A stretch of 49,787 nt of DNA, counting the filler, from Stramenopiles sp. TOSAG23-3 (lineage: Eukaryota), in assembly GCA_900128585.1 (NCBI GenBank). It is 4 parts of 4 records of this genome, joined end to end, with 100 filler letters (N's around TTAATTAATTAA, not from the genome) between each part and the next. Parts side by side here need not be neighbours in the genome. Positions count along the whole stretch, not along the records: positions 22,911 to 45,592 come from LT642327.1; positions 45,693 to 47,690 come from LT645165.1; positions 47,791 to 49,787 come from LT645166.1; 1 more part is not named here. One strand, given 5' to 3'. The position numbers and the translations under genes are program-made. Shown here one piece after another: positions 43,111 to 49,787 of this stretch (position 1 is the stretch's first letter; each line of letters opens with the position of its first letter). The notes below the pieces were generated by a model. That model was not told the DNA's origin and ran no database searches. It was given only the letters and a program-made list of their open reading frames with translations.

Positions 43111-45576
43111 TCAAACCAAATACGCCATCCGTCGCTTAATGTCTTCGGCTCGTTCCTTTGCTTCCCGTGCCTTCCATATCTTCTCGTCTGTCGTCCTCTG
43201 CTTGCTCTGCCTGTACTCTATTGCATTTCGCAATACCATGATAGAATCTTTCTGCCTTTGCTTCGTAATGGTAGCCCCAGACTCTTCTCTGCCGACCTGC
43301 ATAGGAGTTCTTCCGAATGTGTCTAGCGGCGTAAGGTCGCAGTTTCCTCTGTAGACTAAATAAGTAGCACATTCTTCCCTTCCAAACCTCATCGACACGT
43401 GCAGCGCGGTCATTCCTCCAAGAACACGTGGCATTTTAAGATCAATCATGTCTTTGAAGCCTTCCTCTTCGGCCATACTTTGCAATTTAATCTCATCGCC
43501 ACTTGCCGCCGTTGCAAACCATTCGTTGTGTTTTCTAGTTGTGCCAGACAGGCCATAATTCAACAGCGGGTACCTTCTCCACCCCCCTTCACCCTCCAAG
43601 GGGTCGATTAAAATTGCATCTTTGAAAGCTCCCGTAATAGGGGTCTGGTCCGACAAAAAATAGGTCCCTTTCCCAGTGCAATCACCGTCTTCAATGTCTC
43701 CTCGATAAGAGGTTTGGTCTGGAAAATACATGTGCCCCTTTCCTTGCCGCTTGCCATCCAAATGGTCCCCTTCGTAAATTTTTACGCCATTGGCATTCGT
43801 AAATGTGCCCTTTCCGTAAGGCATGCTCCCAATTATGTCCCCCGTGTACGTTCCCTCGATACCGCTGTATTCGTAATGAAATAGGGTCCCGTGGCCATTG
43901 CAACCGTCATTTCTCATGTCCCCACGATACAGCAGACGGCCGTCCCGCTTGTAACAGGTGCCTCTCCCTTCCCTTATCCCTCTATTATACTGGCCTATAT
44001 ACGAGGGAGATGTAGACCATCCCTGCAGCCTCATCGAGCCGTCGCCATGCGGCAAATTGTCTACAAAATCGCCAATGTAATACCCTTGGCCTTGCCTAGT
44101 GTAGACGATCCCGCGGCCTTTTCCGTGCCTTTTATTGAACCCGTTAAAATCTCCCTCGTACACAAAGGAGTTCATTTTATCGTACAGCACTCCTGTTTTA
44201 CGACTAAAGTTTGACGTGCGAAATGTGCCAGCATAAACCTCTCCGTGACCCTCGAAACATACTCCTGTGACCGTTTCCCCCCATATTTCAGCGTCTGCAG
44301 GGCCCTGTTTGTCAAACAAGTAAATCGCTTTCTTCTCTTCGTCGGCTCTGCCGTTGGTTTCAATGTGCTTTGATATCGTGTAGTCATTAAAAGTAATGCC
44401 AAAGTCAAGAAAATTTCTTTTCACTTGACTCTGCTGCTCTAAGTTGTAAGTGTAAAGGTACTTTCGCAAAATACCACCATGCTTCTTTAGAGCAAGCATG
44501 ACCAGAGCCAAAGTTTTTTTCACTTCTTGGTGCCCGGCCTGAATTTCCTTTTTTGCATAGCTCATAATCGTCATTCCTTTTTTATCAACGGTGCTCGCAA
44601 CATCTGCTCCGTGGCCCAGCAAGATTTCGGTCCCTTTTGTGTTCCCATTGCGCACGGCGTAAAATATGGCTGTTCTCCCCAAAGAATCAACATGGTTCAC
44701 ATTGGCATGGCGCTTTATAAGTTCCCACATCAGTCCGTTCATCGAATGGGCAGCTGCAATTATGAGCAATGTTCGGTGGTGTCCAAAGCTCGAAAAATCC
44801 GAAGCATCAATGGGAATCCGAGTCGGTCGAATGTCTAACAAACTGAGAACATCCTTCTCGTTTCCACGGCGCGCCAAGTTGAAAATGTCCAAAGAGTAGT
44901 TCTGCGCCCTCTGTTTCTTCTTTCGTTTTCGCCTTTTCTTTTTTCGTTTCATTGCAGATTTAATGTTATTGCTTCTATTGATTTTCTTCAGCGTCGGTAA
45001 ACTGCTCCGTCGGGGGGCCGCAGCTATCCGTCGAGGGGTCAGGATCAATGCTGATGGCGCTTTCTGCTTACTTTTATCTAGCAAATTTTCGGGTATAAAA
45101 TTTGGCAGAGACGTTCGACGAGATTGGAGAAAGTGTTTCTGTGAAATGCTAGACGAAGTATCAGAAAACCCATACTCGTCCTTTTTATCGTTCATCGGTG
45201 TTTCGGGAGGCTCGAAGTCACTTTCAGCGTAATCCATTGTGTCGTCGTCTGTCTGGCTCTTCTCACTGTCCATCTCTTCCATTACCCTTCCCTCGCTGCC
45301 CACGGTTTCGGTTTCTTCTATATCTAACGATGACAGAAATACGCTCTCATCTGTTTCTTCCGACTCGTACGCATCTTCGTTCTGACTGGTTGCGCTGCTT
45401 GAAATGCCGCTGCTGAGTTGTATCCTTTCGAGAAGCCGCTTCCATCGCCATTGCCGAAAATTCCTTTGTACAGATAATACCACCCGCAAGATGGTGTCCT
45501 CCTCAATGCCGGCGATGTGCCATACAAAATACCAGTCCAGTTGCGAATGGTTTTTATGAATTTCGTCTTCCTGCAT
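43111..45576 (-). CDS. IQ-like + ankyrin + MORN-repeat protein (may be 5'-partial)
   Basis: GRTAIFYAVRNG and GMTALHVS ankyrin repeats; many YEGDF/YIGDF..G..HG.G MORN repeats; frame stays open to the contig end at 45592. Confidence 0.85.
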   Translation of the reverse strand: MQEDEIHKNHSQLDWYFVWHIAGIEEDTILRVVLSVQRNFRQWRWKRLLERIQLSSGISSSATSQNEDAYESEETDESVFLSSLDIEETETVGSEGRVMEEMDSEKSQTDDDTMDYAESDFEPPETPMNDKKDEYGFSDTSSSISQKHFLQSRRTSLPNFIPENLLDKSKQKAPSALILTPRRIAAAPRRSSLPTLKKINRSNNIKSAMKRKKKRRKRKKKQRAQNYSLDIFNLARRGNEKDVLSLLDIRPTRIPIDASDFSSFGHHRTLLIIAAAHSMNGLMWELIKRHANVNHVDSLGRTAIFYAVRNGNTKGTEILLGHGADVASTVDKKGMTIMSYAKKEIQAGHQEVKKTLALVMLALKKHGGILRKYLYTYNLEQQSQVKRNFLDFGITFNDYTISKHIETNGRADEEKKAIYLFDKQGPADAEIWGETVTGVCFEGHGEVYAGTFRTSNFSRKTGVLYDKMNSFVYEGDFNGFNKRHGKGRGIVYTRQGQGYYIGDFVDNLPHGDGSMRLQGWSTSPSYIGQYNRGIREGRGTCYKRDGRLLYRGDMRNDGCNGHGTLFHYEYSGIEGTYTGDIIGSMPYGKGTFTNANGVKIYEGDHLDGKRQGKGHMYFPDQTSYRGDIEDGDCTGKGTYFLSDQTPITGAFKDAILIDPLEGEGGWRRYPLLNYGLSGTTRKHNEWFATAASGDEIKLQSMAEEEGFKDMIDLKMPRVLGGMTALHVSMRFGREECATYLVYRGNCDLTPLDTFGRTPMQVGREESGATITKQRQKDSIMVLRNAIEYRQSKQRTTDEKIWKAREAKERAEDIKRRMAYLV

Positions 45577-45592
45577 TAAACTCGTTTCCGTT

Positions 45593-45692
45593 NNNNNNNN
45601 NNNNNNNNNNNNNNNNNNNNNNNNNNNNNNNNNNNNTTAATTAATTAANNNNNNNNNNNNNNNNNNNNNNNNNNNNNNNNNNNNNNNNNNNN
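45593..45692. other. Artificial contig linker
   Basis: N44-TTAATTAATTAA-N44. Confidence 0.97.
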
Positions 45693-46127
45693 AAATTGAA
45701 TGAAGGATGAGTGAGGTGCGTGCATGTAGCGTATACTCCCCAGAGAGAGTGAGATAGAAAATAGAATTGCATTAGTAGTTCTTATTAGATATAATAATTG
45801 TATATATAGTTCTACACTCCTTTTTGTTGAACAACATACTGTGGTTATATTTTGTGAAATTTTGGAAAACAATATAGATTTGCATTTTATAGTACTATAT
45901 ACTACTACCATTTAAAGAATTATAGTTATTTCAGTTATCTATATATTCATTTGCTAGTATATAAATTGCTTTTGTATATATTTCTTTTGTTTCTCAGAGA
46001 GATAAAAGATATAATTCTTTAGTGTGTGTGTGCTTGGCGGTTTATTATTATTGATTGATTGTTACTGGTTTGTCATTGCTTGGTGTTGTGTTTGTAGAAT
46101 TATTTATAGATATATAGATTATAAAAC

Positions 46128-47276
46128 ATGTCACCAGCGATATCCAATATATTCAGTGAAAAAATCATATTATTCATTGAATATTTACAAATTATAAGTG
46201 TTATATGCAATTCAACATATACGTGGCCTATATATTTTAAATATCAATTCACGCCATACATACAATTTATAAATTTAGATATATATCCATATGTAACATC
46301 GTCATTAGCGTCGTCATCTTCCTCAACCAATGTATCATCATCTACGTTTCCAACATATTGGTATTGGATATATGCAAGTAGTATTACTATTATATCATTT
46401 ATTATAATGATTTTATCAGATACTATACGTAAATATCAATATTGTTTATCAAATAAAAAATATATTGAAAAGATAGAAACAATAAGATCTAAATATGAAT
46501 TATATACATATCGATTTTGTAGATTATTCATCATACCATCATTACAAATTACATTACGATTGTTTCAATGTAAAAATATTACTGGAATTGTTGATAACGT
46601 TGATGCAAGTACGGCGATGACAGATGATAATGCTGCTGGAAGTAATAATGCCACCTTTTCTTCCACTACAAGAACAAATACAATACCAAAACATGTTGTA
46701 TATATTGATCATACAATAGAATGTTATTCATATCAACATTTCATACGTGCAGGTTTAATCATCGTGCCATTATTTATAGCGTTTTTAGTATATCTGTTAA
46801 CCTATTTTGAACGTATTAATCAAAGTTTAATTACTGATTATGATGAAAATGTACATATGAAACATTTACGTTCACGTAAATTAGAATATATATTGAAATT
46901 ATCCAATACATTTTATGATTCTGGCATTTATTTAACAGAACATTTGCATTTTTATCATTTGTACAATATTATTTTATGGAATATAGTGAAACTTATTATC
47001 GTTTCAATATATATATTGTTTGAATCATATAATATGGATGAATATAATAAAACACGTACATATATTGTAATAATAATAACGTTTTTGATTTTATTATTAC
47101 ATGTCGTTTGGGCCATACATATTGGTGGATATTTACCATACCGTTCACCATCTATAAATGTCTTATGGTTTAATTTGAATTTAACATTATTATTAATCTT
47201 TGGGTTTACTATATTACGACATGATATAAATATAATAGAGGAAACTGGTGCGAAACAATCCATTTTTACAATCGAT
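46128..47276 (+). CDS. Multi-pass membrane protein, first exon/partial (AT-rich contig)
   Basis: Several TM helices with IEYLQII..WP..FINLD, LRLFQC, IECY motifs; GTAAGT at 47277 (phase 0) followed by TA microsatellite indicates read-through into an intron. Confidence 0.6.
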
Positions 47277-47690
47277 GTAAGTTTACCATATATATATATA
47301 ATATATATATATACATGTCAGTATGGCAGTACATCTAGTATGGCAGTACATCTATCATTACGTACGGTACAACTGATGCAGCTCCTACACGACTCTAATC
47401 AACCTATAGCGATAAATCGACACTCTGCTTTGAACACCAAGTTTGAAGCTATATATATATATATATATATAGCGGTATATTTATTTGATTGCTTCGCAGG
47501 AAATATTCTATAGCACGTCATCCATATGTTGAATCATAAGGACACATCGAGGAGAACTTGCAGCGCGAGACTATATTATATAATCTATTGAATACATATA
47601 ACTAACTGAATTCATCTACACACACACATACAACATATATTATAGACATTTTTTACAATGTTATTGCAATATACAACCATAGGTGGTTTA

Positions 47691-47790
47691 NNNNNNNNNN
47701 NNNNNNNNNNNNNNNNNNNNNNNNNNNNNNNNNNTTAATTAATTAANNNNNNNNNNNNNNNNNNNNNNNNNNNNNNNNNNNNNNNNNNNN
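47691..47790. other. Artificial contig linker
   Basis: N44-TTAATTAATTAA-N44. Confidence 0.97.
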
Positions 47791-47895
47791 GGGTGAAAGA
47801 CCAAGTGCATGAGACTGGAAAGCAAGCACCAGAATAAAATTTTAGATTAAGAAAAGTTGAGTATTGGGACCAAAGCAGGACAAGACAAGATAATA

Positions 47896-48213
47896 ATGTC
47901 AACAGCCAGCCAGTCCACCGCGGTGCATGTCCCAACCGATTTCGACCACAAATGCCACAAGGCAGTCGTCCGTCGGTGCGAGGAATTCGGCCTGGACCAT
48001 CGGCTCACGTTGAACGCCCTGGCGCTGTCGGCGTGGGTGAGGCTGGTGGTCGCCGGAACAGACGCCGTTGCCAGGGGGGTTGATATACGGGACGCGAAGA
48101 CCTCACTCTCGCCACTGAGTAGCAAGGAGCACGCACGGCTGGTGGTCTACATCACGACCAGGAGTTTCAGCTCACAACAGCCCTTTACACCCAATTGTTG
48201 GGCGCGCAGGTAA
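47896..48213 (+). CDS. Hypothetical small protein or gene fragment
   Basis: GC-rich ORF from ATG 47896 between AT-rich flanks; no recognisable motif. Confidence 0.35.
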   Translation: MSTASQSTAVHVPTDFDHKCHKAVVRRCEEFGLDHRLTLNALALSAWVRLVVAGTDAVARGVDIRDAKTSLSPLSSKEHARLVVYITTRSFSSQQPFTPNCWARR

Positions 48214-48390
48214 TGAAGTAAGTTATTTTTTATGAAAAGTGGAAATAAAGAAAAAATACACTGAGGAAATTTTTAAACGGCGAACAGAGGATGAAAATTT
48301 TGAAATGTGCTTCTTGAGCACTCACGCAATGAATATTCTACGCCAGAAATATTCTGATAAGCGGAATACTATGTTGGCAAAGGGAACATG

Positions 48391-48861
48391 TCAGAAGGCC
48401 AGAGGACGATGAAGATGACGATCGCGACGACACAGTAGTTGGAGGGCTAAAGTTCCAGGGCCACAATTCTCTTCGTTCTGTGCGCAGGGAGGGGATCGAC
48501 AGAAAGCTGCCACAGCAACTGCAAACCGGAAGAGAAGCGTCTTCTCCTTCACATCCACAAAGGCGCAATACTCCTCTGGGTTCTCCAACGAGCGGACATA
48601 CATTGTTCCGGTGTAGGTCGGGTTGGTGGACCACTTTCTCTTCCTCTCCGTCTTGGGCAGGTCTTCGTCCAGGGCCTTCCTTTCCACCAACCCCTTGGAT
48701 GGAGTCAGACCAAACCTTTCCGCGGTCTTGATCAGTCGTTGCAGATCCTGCTCATACAACCTGTTCCCGTTTAGGTTTACCTGGCTTTCCGGGTACCTGC
48801 ATGTAGCAGATGACAGTGACAGGTTACCCTTCCCGTCCCGGCCCCTTCCGCCGCCGTGCAC
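48391..48861 (-). CDS. Hypothetical protein fragment (start uncertain, possibly spliced or decayed)
   Basis: GC-rich ORF without ATG start; protein-like core RLYEQDLQRLIKTAERFGL...; nearby GTAACC and TGCAG splice-like signals. Confidence 0.3.
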   Translation of the reverse strand: MHGGGRGRDGKGNLSLSSATCRYPESQVNLNGNRLYEQDLQRLIKTAERFGLTPSKGLVERKALDEDLPKTERKRKWSTNPTYTGTMYVRSLENPEEYCAFVDVKEKTLLFRFAVAVAAFCRSPPCAQNEENCGPGTLALQLLCRRDRHLHRPLAF

Positions 48862-49787
48862 AAGCGAACACGGAGCCAGGTGGAAAGCTATGACAGAAAA
48901 GTCAACTCAATGTGAGCACTGCAGTAAACAGCACAAGATTGATTGCAGGTTTAATGTAAAAGTATAGTACTATTCTAAAAAAAAATAACTAACTAACTAA
49001 CTATTTTCTTCAAAAAATCCAAGACATAGTGTTAAGGAAAGTATATATATTTTATTTTTCACCTCTTCGTATATTAATACTATACAAGTACATATATATA
49101 CAATTTATATAGTACATAATATCAAGACGTTCAGTTGTTTTCCTTGCCCTGTGCTACCCCGCTGCTACCACCAATCGACCAATCACCATCTCTACCAGTA
49201 GCCGCTTTTCCATCCTCCTTCTCTATTATTATGTTAATACTACCCTACCATATTAATACCATTGAAAATAGAAGAGAGACCATTCCAGTAGTTTTCAAAA
49301 ATCAACCTTATGACCCTGTTCAATGTTCTGTGGTATTTCGATATCCCTTTTTCTATTTTTCTATTTTTCTCTCCTTCTTCTTCTTTCTTCCTTCTCCTTC
49401 TCTCCTTCTCTTTCTTTCTCTTTTTTATTCATTCTTCTTCTTCTCTCTTTTTTTTTATTTATTCGTTACTAAAAAAAGACCTCCTCCTTCAATCCCTTCC
49501 TATTCCAATACAATGACAGTATTAGTATTGAATTAAAAAAAAGGAAGAATTAAAATAATAAAAATCCATCCTCCTCCTTCTTCTTCTTCTAAGCCAAGCT
49601 ATCTCTTCTTCTTCTTCTCGATTGTTGAATTCTACACATTATTTTAATATAATAACAACAGCGATCTACTATGAAAACCACCATACCACGCACAACAAAG
49701 TAGACGACTAATTAAAAAATAGAAAAATAGAAAAAGGGATATCGAAATACCACAGAACATTGAACAGGGTCATAAGGTTGATTTTTG

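Overview
Eukaryotic DNA, not prokaryotic. Four contigs (1-22810, 22911-45592, 45693-47690, 47791-49787) are joined by artificial 100-nt N44-TTAATTAATTAA-N44 linkers. Contigs 1, 2 and probably 4 look like one intron-poor flagellated protist. The alpha-tubulin is stramenopile-like (inference), the code is standard, and fairly GC-rich, mostly single-exon CDSs are separated by AT-rich spacers with (TTC)n/(GAA)n tracts. Recognisable genes: cNMP-binding protein, KIF-binding protein, PhyH-like dioxygenase, J-domain protein, RING protein, WD40 protein, TOGARAM/Crescerin, FUN14, LRR/EF-hand protein, UBL-ARM protein, alpha-tubulin, longin-like protein, AUP1-like acyltransferase and an ankyrin/MORN protein. 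Contig 3 is much more AT-rich and may come from another organism. Best leads: (1) an AUP1-like acyltransferase fused to an eEF1B GEF domain that lacks the catalytic Lys; (2) a low-GC gene combining H-type lectin repeats with a DNase I-like nuclease, next to a foldback-like inverted repeat; (3) an otherwise intact alpha-tubulin missing 14 core residues in frame; (4) an AT-rich, giant-virus-like island whose genes share a 19-bp upstream motif; (5) a hidden TACTAAC intron joining two ORFs, plus several candidate 72-86 nt 5'-UTR introns. No multi-gene novel system can be demonstrated from sequence alone. All domain calls are by eye, without database searches.
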